This document shows positions 26,544-41,230 of a DNA stretch of 64,000 nucleotides, one piece after another; position 1 is the first letter of the stretch; each line of letters begins with the position of its first letter. The notes below the pieces were generated by a model. The model ran no database searches. It worked only from the letters and a program-made list of their open reading frames with translations, and was not told where the DNA came from. Source of the DNA: Octopus vulgaris (Eukaryota). The stretch is from assembly GCA_951406725.2 (NCBI GenBank), contig OX597815.1, positions 135,470,001 through 135,534,000 on the forward strand, read 5' to 3'. Made by a program: the position numbers and the translations under genes.

Positions 26544-27052
26544 TGTGTATATCCCACTCTCAAATATATACACATAAAAGGCATTCATGCAGATATACGT
26601 AAACATACATGAACATACATATGCACAATACATATACATTCGTATACAAATGTATACACATTTATGCATTTATACACGTATATCTAACAAAAACATACTT
26701 TTACTTAAACACACATGCACACACAGGTACATACATACACACATAAATACACACACACATACGTACATACATACATACATACATACATAAATACATACAT
26801 ACATACATACATACATACATACATACATACATACATACATACATACATGCATACATAGCATTAAATACTAGCGCGACTCGGGAAAATTTTGAGTTTCATA
26901 AATTTTTTGATGCATAAACTTATAGAATTTCAAACATGGTTACGTTATGCTAAAGATGTTGAATATGTCTTCGATTTCTCTCCCCAGTTGCGGTTGCTAA
27001 CAGAGTAACATTCGAACACACAACTCTTGACAAGCAAAATAAAATTATATAA

Positions 27053-27088
<36 letters not shown>

Positions 27089-27119
27089 ACACACACACGT
27101 ATGTAAGTATGTATGTATT

Positions 27120-27323
27120 TTTTTTTACTTGTTTCAGTCATGTGACTGTGGCCATGCTGGAGCACCGCCTTTAGTCGAGCAAATCGACCCGAGGACTTAT
27201 TCTTTGTAAGCCTAGTACTTATTCTATCGGTCCTCTTTTGCCGAACCGCGAAGTTACGGGGACGTAAACACGCCAGCATCGGTTGTCAAGTGATCTGAGG
27301 GGGGACAAACGCAGACACACAAA

Positions 27324-27419
<96 letters not shown>

Positions 27420-27584
27420 TACGATGGGATTCTTTCAGTTTCCGTCTACCAAATCCACTCACAAGGCTTTGGTCGGCCCGAGGTTATAGTAGAAGACACT
27501 TGCCCAAGGTGCCACGTAGTGGGACTGAACCTGGAACCATGTGGTTGGTAAACGAGCTACTTACCACACAGCCACTCCTACGCC
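27120..27584 (-). mobile_element. SINE family B, full-length (tRNA-like head, CORE-like block, internal TA/TG microsatellite, 3' tail)
   Basis: A box tggctgtgtgg, B box ggttcagtccc, ccttgggcaagt block, ends gaaacaagtaaaa. Confidence 0.9.
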
Positions 27585-27734
27585 TATGTATGTACGAAAG
27601 TTTGTATATATAATCGGCAGAAGTTACTGAGTGACTTAAGGGCAGAGAGTTTCGTATATTGGCATATATCAGACTTGATAAATAACTTCTATGAATTATT
27701 TTTATTATTTTCTGTTTATTATCAAGTCTGTTAC

Positions 27735-27960
27735 CGTTAAAGTGTCGAGTTGGCAAACTCGTTAGCACGCCAGACCAAATAATGCCTTGCGCTATTTTTG
27801 CCCAGTTTTACGTTCTGGTCTCAAATTCCGCCCATGACATCTTCGCTTTCATACTTTCAGGGCCAATGAAATAAGTACCAGATGAATACTGTGGTCGATG
27901 TAATCGACAAACCGCCTTTCCCAAAATTCTGGCATTTTGCCCGCAGTAGAATGGATTTTA
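27735..27960 (+). mobile_element. SINE family A, diverged
   Basis: cgagttggcaaactcgttagcacgcc...caaattccgcc...gtcgatgtaatcgac. Confidence 0.7.
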
Positions 27961-28189
27961 TATATATATATATATATGGTTCGATGGCATCTTGGGTAAG
28001 TGTCATCTACGATAGACTCAGGCCGACCAAAGCTTTGTAAGTGAGTTAAGTAGACAGAAGACCGCCGTATATATGTATAAGTATCTATACGTGTGTGTTT
28101 TTGTCTATTTGCCCCACCCCACCTTCTACATCGCCCCTTGTCAAAGGTAAAACAGATCGATACAGTAAGGACCTCCAGCAAAGATAAAA

Positions 28190-28250
<61 letters not shown>

Positions 28251-28257
28251 GTATATG

Positions 28258-28293
<36 letters not shown>

Positions 28294-28311
28294 TGTATGT
28301 ATGTATGTATA

Positions 28312-28472
28312 GGCGCAGGAGTGGCTGTGAGGTGAGTAGCTTGAGTACCAACAACATGGCCTCGGGTTCAGTCCCACTGCGTGCACCTTGGGCAGGTGTC
28401 TTCTACTAAAGCCTTGAGCCGACCAAGGCTTTGTGATTGGATTTCGTAGACGGAAATTGAAAGAAGCCCGTC

Positions 28473-28526
<54 letters not shown>

Positions 28527-28739
28527 ATAGATATGTTTGTGTCTGTGTTTGTTCCCCTCCCCCCAACATCGATTGACAACCGATGCCGGTGCGTTTGCGT
28601 CCCCGTATCTTTGCGGTTCGGCCTAAGAGACCGATAGAACAAGTACTAGGCTTACAAAGAATAAGTCCTGGGGTCGATTTGCTCGAACAAAGGCAGTGCT
28701 CCAGCATGGCCGCAGTCAAAACGAGTGAAACAAGTAAAA

Positions 28740-28743
<4 letters not shown>
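28312..28743 (+). mobile_element. SINE family B, full-length
   Basis: ggcgcaggagtggctgtg ... gaaacaagtaaaagaata. Confidence 0.9.
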
Positions 28744-28775
<32 letters not shown>

Positions 28776-28859
28776 GACAATTCACTCCGACTGTAAAGGG
28801 TTTTCTCTCATCCTTTCGCAGCTTTTACTTTTAGACCCCTAATTCCAAATGTTTCTTAG

Positions 28860-28980
28860 TAGTAATACGTACTTCTTAAAATACTTGCAGGTACTGATGA
28901 TTGCACTTCGTTGCTGAACAATTTTCTTTGAAAGCCCCTGTTCCCATTCGATCCCAGGAGCTACGGTTGCACCACGGTTT
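28860..28980 (-). mobile_element. Small RLE-LINE C-terminal relic
   Basis: IVQQRSAIIST, then after a frameshift ASILRS (cf. IQKIALLGTAHIL in the element at 1-984). Confidence 0.35.
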
Positions 28981-29124
28981 AAATCCCATTAATCCAAAAG
29001 CATTAATGGCTTTTAGGTGACATTTCAAAAGTTTGTGTTGTTAATCATTGCCTGATCGAACACACACGTAGATGATTAAATGATTTCCAAGTACTTGACA
29101 GATACATTATTATTTCTATAGGAC

Positions 29125-29275
29125 TTCTGAGTTCAAATTCCGCCGAGGTCGACTTTGCCTTTTATCCTTTCGGGGTCGATAAATTAGGCATCAGTTGAGT
29201 ACTGGGGTTGATCTAATCGACTGCCCCACTTCCCGCCAAAAAATTTCGGGCCCTGTGCCTAGAGTAGAAAAAAAA
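29125..29275 (+). mobile_element. SINE family A 3' part
   Basis: ttctgagttcaaattccgccgaggtcgactttgcc core. Confidence 0.85.
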
Positions 29276-29299
29276 TATTTCGTGGGACATCTTTTGTTT

Positions 29300-29500
29300 T
29301 ATCTTTTACTTGCTTCAGTCATTGGACTACAGCCATGCTGGGGCGCTGCCTTGAATTTTTAGTCGAATCAATCGACCTCAGTACTTATTCTACCAGTCTC
29401 TTTGGCCGAACCGCTAAGTTACGGAAATGCATACACACCCACACCGGTTGTCAAACGATGGTGGTGGGACGAACACGGGCAGAAGGACACACGCAGGTAG

Positions 29501-29533
<33 letters not shown>

Positions 29534-29716
29534 CATACATACATACATACAATACATACTACGGGCTTCTTTCAGTTTCCATCAACCAAATCCACTCACA
29601 AGGCTTTAGTAGACCCGAGGCTATAGTAGAAAACACTTGCCCAAAGGGCCACGCCGTGGGACTGAACCCGGAATCATGTGTGTTGAGAATCAAGCTTTTT
29701 ACCACATAGCCACGCC
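29300..29716 (-). mobile_element. SINE family B copy
   Basis: Full module order on the minus strand, internal (CATA)n. Confidence 0.8.
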
Positions 29717-29970
29717 TCCGGAAGATTGAATAACGAATCCTCGGTGGGATTTGAACTCGGAATATACACAGCTGGAACGAATACGCAAAGTATTTTCACC
29801 AACGCTCTAACGGTTGGTTCTGTCAATCTTCCGCCTCTTAAAACTATTTGAGGGCACGTTCATAGAAAATGGTGCCACAGTTTGCCAATAAAGAAATGAG
29901 TGGTTCTATTTTTGTCAGCGGGTTACTTGGTAGCTTTCAGATTTTCATACATGTATATTGTTGAACGTTG

Positions 29971-30041
<71 letters not shown>

Positions 30042-30256
30042 AGCCTCGCACACACAAACACATACATTTGTGTATGTGTGTGTTTGTGTGTGTGTGTGTG
30101 TGTATGAAAGAATGGAAAAGGAAGGACGGAGAAAGAGAGAGGTTGTTACTCTTTAACACATTCCACCCACTGAGTTGTGGCCATGTTGAAGCAACTCCTA
30201 TATACTAGTGCATAATTATGTGCGTGTCTGTGTGTGCAAATATATATGTATGTATA

Positions 30257-30294
<38 letters not shown>

Positions 30295-30301
30295 ATATCT
30301 A

Positions 30302-30332
<31 letters not shown>

Positions 30333-30657
30333 CTTTGGTCGAAACATATCTAAGTTTATATATATATATATATATATATACATACACACATACACACATG
30401 TAGATGCATATGTATATGTGTATAGATATGTATATGTATATACATATGTATATATACGTATGTATATATACACACAGACATAAAATTAAAACACGCTTCC
30501 ACGCACTGATGCGCACACATACAAATCTTTTTCGCACACTATTTCCCTCCTCCCCCCGCCATTTCCCTCCCCGCCTTCTCTCTCTAGCTCCTTCATGTGT
30601 TACATATAGCTCATTGATTTTCCCTCTTCCTCTCTTTAGATCTCTAACTTTCCACGT

Positions 30658-30694
<37 letters not shown>

Positions 30695-30996
30695 CTCTCT
30701 CTCTCTCGCTCTCTGTCTCTATATCTCATTATTATGTACCACTCGGTCGTTTTTATCGCATTCTTTCTTCCTCTTTAGTTCTCTGCTCTGCATATATCTC
30801 TCCGACACCCGTCTTTCTTTCGAACACTCCTACTCCTCTGTGTCTCTGTTTTTATGTCTCTGTTTTGTCAATTCTCTCTTTCTCTCTCTCTCTCTCTCTC
30901 CCACTTTTGTCTGATTTGTGTTCTAGGCCATTCACCTCTTCATACGCGCTTTCTTCCAACCCAACTCACTTTTCTGTAAACCCAGACATGCACACA

Positions 30997-31040
<44 letters not shown>

Positions 31041-31097
31041 AGTACGCGCGCGCGCCACATAAACACACAATACTAGGTGCTCTCTCTCTCTCTCTAG

Positions 31098-31154
<57 letters not shown>

Positions 31155-31288
31155 TACATTAATATGCGTATACTTACGCACATTCCTTAGTTACTTAGTT
31201 TGTTTTAGCCATGTAGGCCAAGGCCATGCTGGAGCACTGCCTTCTTGAGATATATATATATATACACACACATAACTCACAGACATAT

Positions 31289-31322
<34 letters not shown>

Positions 31323-33099
31323 TTGTTTATAAACATGGTAAGCATTGCAGAGGTAGAGGGCAAGATGCAGATGAAACGACACCGCGACGCGGTTTCGATT
31401 CCTAGTTGCGTTCCTATTCTTTCATTTAGGGTTTTTGTTGCTGTATATACGAAATAATGATATATTAATAATATATTTTTATGGCTCTGGGATAATCTGT
31501 AACCTACCGGGCATTACTGCCTTTTTTTGGAGGGATGTGGAGGCATGCCTTTTGCGATGAAAGGCAGAGTTATGATCAAATGTTTTCCAGCCAATTACCA
31601 CTTCGCTCTTTATTCAAGACATAGTATACATACGTACATCTATCTATCTGTTAGTCCATTCATATACCAATGCTACACAACCGATATGCCGCGGCACACT
31701 GGTCTGCCGCGAGACGATGTCACAGTGTAAACCTGAATATAACTTTTTTCACTATGCTTTGTTATATTTTTGTTCAGGTGTGCCACCGAATTTTGAAAAG
31801 AATATATTCTATCAGTCTCTTAGGCCGAATCGCTAAGTTACGGGGGCGCAAACACACCAGCATCGGTTGTCAATCGATGTTGGGAGGAGGGACAAACACA
31901 CACACACACACATACATAGAAACAAGTGAAAAAAAAGGTTTGTGGAGCACAGCCATTGAGGATAAAAAGTACCAAAAGTAATTTAACATTCTTTTTACCA
32001 AGCTGAACAGGTGAGATGTGAGGACTTTGAGGCTATTATTTCGAGCAGGTTGAGCGAGTTGTATACAAGGTTTCGCGTTGGCTTTGACTTAACAAGGCAG
32101 TTAAATCTTGTATGTTGCTCGTTGATTCTAGTTCAAATATAGCTATGGGCGATTTTTGACATTTGTCGGGTTGAGAATTAAATCATGTACAGCCCTCTAC
32201 TACAAAATAATAATTAAAAAAAAACTAATAAAGAAAAGGAAAAAACAAGGAAAAACGCATGTAGATACGAAGTCTAGTCAAAACAAAATAAGGTATTTGT
32301 GTGTGTATATGTGTGTAACAGGAAAAATAGGTTGATTTCTAACACAAGCGCACTGGCGCCCTCAAATTTTGGGATAACAGTGTTGTTAATCGTATTTGTC
32401 TAATTACTTAGGAGGTACACACAGCACGAACATTTAAGGATGACATGCCAAATCTACAACGGCGGGATTCGAACGCATACGTATTAATTGAGAAGTGGAG
32501 TAGATTAGCCATATGATTATTAAAACACCCGTATGTGTGTGCGTGCGTGTATATATTTATATAGGTACAAGTACGCTGGTGTATAATGCGAGAAATTTGA
32601 TACAAAACATCAGGGTTAAAACTGGAGCGTAACATTATACGTGCAGGTAAAAATAAAACAAAAGATAAGAGGATAAAACAAGCATATTGCTTATTTTACA
32701 GGTACAAAAAGTGGGTGTTGTATTATTTTCGCAATCGCATTGTATTCGAGTGATTATGATGTGTATTCGGTAACAGAGTCACTCGTCAAAGCAATAGATA
32801 GATACGTGGTTTCGATCCCGTCACCGTATTTATTCTTTACCGTTTCAAATTGTTGCTTCTTATTAAAATATGTAACCGCATAAATTGATTTATTGGTACT
32901 TTTGCCGTTGTAAACATTGAACAGAGTTATGAATATATAGTTGTTGGTTGCGAGTGTGTATTATATATATATATATATATATATACATACAAACTATTTT
33001 AGATGTATGTACTGTATCGTATTTTTGTGTGGAGTTTAAGCTGTACTGCTGTTGTCATATGGATATCAAAATAGAAAATTACAAATATACATACATACA

Positions 33100-33135
<36 letters not shown>

Positions 33136-33370
33136 TATATATAGATATAGATATAGATAGATAGATAGATAGATAGATAGGTATGTATGTATGTATGTAT
33201 GTATGTATGTATGTATGTATGTATGTATGTATAGCAGGGAAAACAGAGCATCTTGTAGTGTAAATGGCAACGAATTCGTCAACAAATGGCAGTTACTTGG
33301 TTCGGTTCCAGTTAGTGGGTTTTCCTTTTCTGTCTCGCGCTGGTGCTTATAAGGTCTAAGGTTACCATCG

Positions 33371-33425
<55 letters not shown>

Positions 33426-33426
33426 T

Positions 33427-34380
<954 letters not shown>

Positions 34381-34381
34381 A

Positions 34382-34433
<52 letters not shown>

Positions 34434-36556
34434 CTCGATTTGCTCTCATGAATGGTTTGTGTGTTTAATTGTGCGAATGTGCATGTGTGTGAGCTCGATT
34501 TGCTCGACTAAAGGCGGTGCTCTAGCATGGCCGCAGTCAAATGACTGAAACAAGTAAAAGAGTAAAGAGAGAGTATATATATATATATATACATATATCG
34601 GAATGACGTTCCCCTGCTTAAGATTAGGGTGGGAGCTTGTAGTGTCTATTGCTCCCGCCTTCCTAACCCGCCACCTCACAGACCTTGGGAAACCACTAGA
34701 TTATAAAAGCCATTTCAATCACTATATATGGATAAGATTAGGAAAATGAGTACTCAGTGCGCTATGAGAAGAATTTATGGAGTTGTAAACACTCAGCAGT
34801 TACTCGGGCTCTAGGATTCCATGTAAATAAAAGCTGTAAGCGCTCATTGGTTACTCGGAAGATCTATTTATGAATGTGTAAAGGCACGGTTGTTACTCGA
34901 GCGTTAAAATGCTGTATATAACACTTGTCTAACCGTATGTGTGTACGGGTGGAGGAGAGAGGTGGGGTGGCGGGTAGAACATCGTTATTCAGAGTTTCAT
35001 ACTCGCGCTATCCGAGCTATCAACGGACGATAAGACAACAAACTATTCGCTCAGACAGTTTGGGAATTACGTATGCACACACGCACACACGTGTACATAC
35101 AAACACATACGCCACACGTTTTTGTTTGTATCACATGATGGAAATCACTAGTCGTAATTGTTTCGTATTCCTGTTGCCTGTAATCTTATAGACTTTCTCA
35201 CGAATAAAGAATTCATTTTCATTGAAACTTTTACTATTTAACAACATATTTTCTATAGTTTAATGCGCGTATCTGCTACACTACTGAATCTACCAGAAAC
35301 TGTGCTCCTAAGAATATGTGGCAGCATTTTCTCTCTCTTTTTATTTTTGATATGTAAATGTGCTTGCATATTACATCGGTTTCGTTTTGTTGGAGTTTTA
35401 GCTTGTTATTTCCGGTGTTATTTTAGTGATGTGAAGAGTATAGACAATAAGAATTGTATTGTTTTATAGCGTGGCGCTTGCGTTTCGTACGAGTAACGCT
35501 TTCAAGTTATTGTGTTGATTACATGCTCCGAGTGGGAAGCAGCTGTGTAGAATGTGAGTTGCATGGATTGCAGGTGCTGTAGAATCGGGTACCATTTCAT
35601 AAAGCTTCGGACGGGATACCTTGCAGCATCTCTGTTGTGGTTCTGACAGCAACGCCTGCAAAGATTCTGATGTCAAGCGGCATCGGTCCTTGCTGTAGCG
35701 CTTAGAATGGATGATGCAGCGAAAGAAGACTTGCATGCATGTGCAACTGCTGGTTTCTGTGGATGGGAACTTCTGAAATGTTGATTAGCGTTCTCTCGAG
35801 ATATATTGATGATGCCTGCCGTGTTGTAGTTTTATGTCAGCGTATGTTGTTATCTTATTGAGTGATAGTTGTATGTGTGTGTATATATGTGTGTGTGTGT
35901 GTGGAGAGAAAGAGTGCGTGTATTAATGTTATTGTTTTTTATCATTTAGATCCAGTGGGGTGGAATGTTCTTGACATTGTACTTGAGTCGATAAAACAAG
36001 TACCAGTCAAGCCTCAGGGTCTATTTTATTGATTATATATAAATACTCTTGCCTGCCAACAATGCGCACACTTGTGACTTTTTTCTCTTTCTCACAAATG
36101 TTAAATATTCTTATCGAGCCCTCATGTTCTGAGTTCAAATCCCTCCAAAGGCTAACTTTACCTTCCATCCCCCATCCCAGAATCGATAAAATGAAGTACC
36201 AGTCAAGTACTAGAGTCGATGTAAATCGTCTAATCCCTCCTTCAGATTGTTATGTCTATATAAGAAACGATTAGGTGGCAATGCGTTCACAGTTCAAATC
36301 TCGTTATGGTTGACTGAGCCGTTCATCCTAGCGTGGTCGATGAAATAATTATTAGCGAAGTAGTAAAGTCTATGTATGCATCTAAGTTAGAACTCAGCAT
36401 TGCTGACGTTATATATATAGTTATATGTCGTTATTTTACTATTTATTATTGGAGTTGTTCGGTCACCGAAAACTGGGTCTGAGGATTCGCTCCAGCTATG
36501 TTCGTGACAATAATGTCTGTTACCACTCTTTAATTTTTTGCATACCTTCGACACTT

Positions 36557-36606
<50 letters not shown>

Positions 36607-36745
36607 TCTCTCTCTCTCTCTGTTTTTCCCCGTATGTCAACTGTTGCTCCTAAGCAATTCACACACATGCACATTCGCACAATTAAACACACATACCATT
36701 CATGTGTGTGAGTGCGTGCGCCTGTGTGTGTGTGTGCGTGTGTAT

Positions 36746-36794
<49 letters not shown>

Positions 36795-37121
36795 CGTGCG
36801 TGCGTGTGTGTTTGAGCTGTACTCGTGCGAAAATTGGATAAATGTAAATGTTTATCCCACGCACCCGTGCAATATGTACTGTCAGTTGTTTGACCTGTCG
36901 GGACCAAAGATATCCATCAACGTGCGATGTATTCATCAATTGTATTTGGTGGAGTAAAAAATAGAGGAAGGAGACGGGCCTGTTGTGACTTTAAACGTAT
37001 TTTCTTATGCCATTTACCTCGTTGCCTGAAGCGAAATTGTTATGACTAGGAACAGAAAATTACACGAGCGGAGGGAACACATTCTCGGTGACACAGTTTC
37101 GATTCCCAGTCAAGTATGTGT

Positions 37122-37163
<42 letters not shown>

Positions 37164-37425
37164 CGGTCTTCCACGTAGCTTTGCGTCTACCAAATTGTCA
37201 AGGTATTAGTCGGGTGGGTGGGTGGGTGGGGGTGGCTTTGGTAGAAGATACTTTCTGAAGTTTGTGCAGTGTGAGAACGAACCCGAAACCACGTAGGTGT
37301 GGAGTGAATTTCTGAACCAAACCCCCACTCTCTTATTTCATACGTGTGTGTGTGTCTGTGTGTGAAAATTCATTTTTGTGAAAATTTATTTAAGAAGCCA
37401 AAGTATCTCAGCAATTTATGTATAC

Positions 37426-37505
<80 letters not shown>

Positions 37506-37588
37506 GTGTGTATGTATATATATATATATTTAATAAAATATATGCATATATATAAACATATATGTACGTACCTACCTACATATATACA

Positions 37589-37651
<63 letters not shown>

Positions 37652-37770
37652 ATGTATCTATCTGTTAATTAATATATGTAGTATATATTTACAGTTTATC
37701 CATCTATCAATCTATCTAATTAATCCATCCTGTGTATGTTTATGTTTATATATAAAGATAGCTAGCTAGA

Positions 37771-37829
<59 letters not shown>

Positions 37830-37889
37830 GCGTATGTATGCGCGTAAACACAGAGAGTAAGAGAGAGGAAGAGAGAGAAGAGATTTAAT

Positions 37890-37932
<43 letters not shown>

Positions 37933-37939
37933 GGGTGAC

Positions 37940-37971
<32 letters not shown>

Positions 37972-38669
37972 AAGGGAGACTGGCTATGAGAGCTACTTTA
38001 AAACATAGAGGATAAGATAAATTGTCATTTTATTTCAAACCCTTATACACTAACCTCCCTTTCTTCCGCTCATTTGCTCAAATACCCCCCCACGCTCTAT
38101 CTTGTGTCCCCTCTCGAGCAATCTCAAGTTTCTCCTCGAGCCATTTCTCTCTGTATGTCAGTCTCTTAGATACACAATATTTTTCAGTCTGTCATTCCAC
38201 CACATGTTACATAACTCTCAAAAATGTAAGTGATTCTCTCCCTTCGACACTCACTCAGTCTCTCTTTTTTCAATTTCTCTCTCTCTCTCTCTCTCTCCAT
38301 CTCCTCTCTTAAATTACATTCTTCCCTGTCACTTCCCCCTCCGTCGTACCTTTTCTTCGTACACATACACTTCCTTCACTCAAGGCATATATATTTCTTT
38401 TCTCTTTCTCTCTCTGTCCCCCCTCTCTCTCTGTCTCTCTCTCTCCCATCTCAGCTTTTTCACCTAGGTCTCATCTCTCCACTGCTTCTCCTCCTCCTTC
38501 TCTCTCTCTTTATCCATTGTGTCTTTCTCTCGATGTCTGTCCTCCTCCCTCTCACTGTCTGGTTATTTTCTCCTAGGTCGTTCACCTTGTACATACACGC
38601 CTCCCTTCTTTCCTTCTCTCACCACGTCTCACTTATATTTTCCTCTCTCTTCGCATACATTACGCCTCA

Positions 38670-38702
<33 letters not shown>

Positions 38703-38956
38703 ACACATATGATGACAGACACATACATTGGCACAGTGACACACCCACACGAACTCCCTTCTCTTTCACTCCATCTCTAACTTTCTCTCCCCCTCCCCCT
38801 CTCTCTCGTTTCCTTAATCCTCTTCTTTCTCCTCTTTATCATTACATCATGCATTTATTGCTTCTGACAATATTAGCAAAGTTTGCATGTTGTGTGTATA
38901 TGTGTGTGTGTGTTGTTGTGCTAGTGATGGTTGGTGGTGGTGGCGGTGGTAGTGGT

Positions 38957-39130
38957 GCTGTTTAGACTCAGGTCAATGTTTTTTGAGCAGACCTATGATT
39001 AAAATACTTCAAGCCGTGCCCATCCCGTCTGATAAGCGATAACCAAAATAAAATTATCTGATACTTTCTCTTCCTTTTTTTAAGACAGTGTAGTGAGACG
39101 TGAGAAAGATTTGGCTGCTATTTCTGGAAA
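38957..39130. repeat. Interspersed repeat family D (unclassified, old). Other copies at ~7500-7640, 12570-12680, 19010-19180, 48640-49195, 58170-58340, 61000-61180.
   Basis: Shared motifs tttag..c.aggtca...gagcagacctatgat and gatttggctgctatttctagcagg. Confidence 0.6.
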
Positions 39131-39861
39131 AATGGAATGATTATGCAGAATCTCGCACCCGCATTTGCACGTTGGACTCTGCGTGCACTGTGTACAAGTT
39201 CGAGCGTACGCAGGTTTGTTGTACACCAGTGTATGAGCTTGCTGATGTGTGTACTCGTGTTTACTTTTTAAGTGTACGTATGTATGTATGTATTTGCTTT
39301 GCATTATGTAACACAGTGAAATGGTTCGTCTGTAAATCTTTCACTTGTGTGTGACTGTGCTTGTGTGAGAGGGACAGAGAGGGGGAAAAGAAGGGACAAG
39401 AAAGAGGAGAAGCGGGAGATTTATGTGCAAGTGCATGTGTATGTACACACACTCTCACACATATGGTTATATAAATAGACATACATGTATGTGTGTGCGT
39501 ATAAGTTTGTGTGTAGTGTGGTTCTTATATGTATGATGGTAACGTTGCGAAAACCTGTTTTTAGGTTCGCATCCGACATACAGCAGAAGCTCTATATATT
39601 ATAATCGTAGATAACATTATCAAATGGTTATTTCTATAAAAATTAAAGGGTCCCAGACTCGTTATTTGCAAAATTAGATGAAACATTATTCGCCTATTAA
39701 AATTGCGGTTCCGAATATGTTTATCAACATTTTCAGGTAAACTTATTTACAACCACTATAATCAATGGCTTCGGACTATGTGGATATTTGGGGTGGTTGT
39801 AGTAGAAGCGATTCTTGGTGCTGGCTGGGTGTGGAGATACTGGTGCGTTAAAAGCATGTGA

Positions 39862-40060
39862 AGGCGCGTGGCTTAGTGGTTAGGTTATTCGGGTCACGAT
39901 CGTGAGTTCAATTCCTAGCAACGCGTTGTGTCCTTGAGCAAGACACTTTATTTCACGCCGCTCCGGCTCACTCAGCCGGCAAAGATGAGTAGTACCTGTA
40001 TTCCAAAGGGCCAGCCTTGTCACATTCTATGTCACGCTGAATCTTCCAGAGAACTACGCT
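39862..40060 (+). mobile_element. tRNA-headed SINE related to family C, truncated
   Basis: ggcgcgtggcttagtggttagg..gagttcaattcc..gtgtccttgagcaagacac; gtacctgtattccaaagggccagccttgtcac is shared with family C. Confidence 0.75.
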
Positions 40061-40061
40061 T

Positions 40062-40143
40062 AGATACACCAACACTTGTTGTCAAGCCGCTGTGGGACAC
40101 GCACACACACACACACACGCGCGCACACACACACACATACACA

Positions 40144-40174
<31 letters not shown>

Positions 40175-40473
40175 GACAGGCTTCTTTCAGTTTCCGTCTA
40201 CCAAATCCACCCACAACAGGCGGGGTCCCAGGAATTTTTCGAAGGGAGGGCACAAGGTCAGAAAGGAATACAATTCCAGGAGAAAAGGGCGTAATAGCAT
40301 TATTTATAAAGGCAGCACTTCTTTTCTTGAAGTGAGCACGTGCCCCTCAGCCCCCACCCAACTTTGGGTCCGCCCCTGCACAAGGTTTTAGTCGGCTCGA
40401 GATTATAGCAGAAGCCATTTACCCAAGGTATCATGCAGTGGGACTGAACCCGGACCCATATGGTTGGGAAGCA
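40062..40473 (-). mobile_element. SINE family B copy interrupted by a MITE at 40217-40378
   Basis: Family sequence resumes exactly after the insert. Confidence 0.8.
40217..40378. mobile_element. MITE with CAGG...CCTG termini and apparent 5-bp TSD (CACAA)
   Basis: cacaa|caggcggggtccca ... tgggtccgcccctg|cacaa; the host SINE consensus has a single cacaa. Confidence 0.75.
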
Positions 40474-40495
40474 CTCGTATATACACACATACATA

Positions 40496-40898
40496 GGTGC
40501 AGGAGTGGCTGTGTGATAAGTAGCTTGCTTACCAACTACATGGTTCCGGGTTCAGTCCCACTGCGTGGCACCTTGGGCAAGTGTCTTCTACTATAGCCTC
40601 GGGCCGACCAAAGCCTTGTGAGTGGATTTGGTAGACGGAAACTGAAAGAAGCCCGTCGTATATATGTATATATATATATATATACGCGTGTATGTTTGTG
40701 TGTCTGTGTCTGTCCCCCTAGCATTGCTTGACAACCGATACTGGTGTGTTTATGTCCCCGTCACTTAGCGGTTCGGCAAAAGAGACCGATAGAATAAGTA
40801 CTGGGCTTACAAAGAATAAGTCCCGGGGTCGATTTGCTCGACTAAAGGCGGTGCTCCAGCATGGCCGCAGTCAAATGATTGAAACAAGTAAAAGAGTA
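40496..40898 (+). mobile_element. SINE family B, full-length, well-conserved copy
   Basis: Complete head (A/B boxes), core, internal microsatellite and tail. Confidence 0.92.
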
Positions 40899-41230
40899 GT
40901 ACATATAAACACACATATACACCTGCATATACACACACATATACACACACTCATATACACACACACATACACAGATTAGATTACTTTGCAGCTGGTTAAT
41001 CGTTCCGGCTCTTTGCGCACCGAGTTCAAATTCCGCCGAGTTCAGCTTTTACTTTAATGCCTGGCACTTACTCTGTCGGTCTGTTTTGTCGAACCGCTTA
41101 GACACACCAACACTTGTTGTCAAGCCGTGGTCTCACACACACACACACAGATGACGGGCTTCTTTTAGTTTCCGTCTTTCATCTTTCCAAAGCCAGTAAA
41201 TAAAATACCAGTAGAGTTGGTTTTTCTCGT

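Noticed and set aside
28893-28920. CTGATGA motif
   Set aside because: No GAAA or stems; lies in the antisense of a LINE relic
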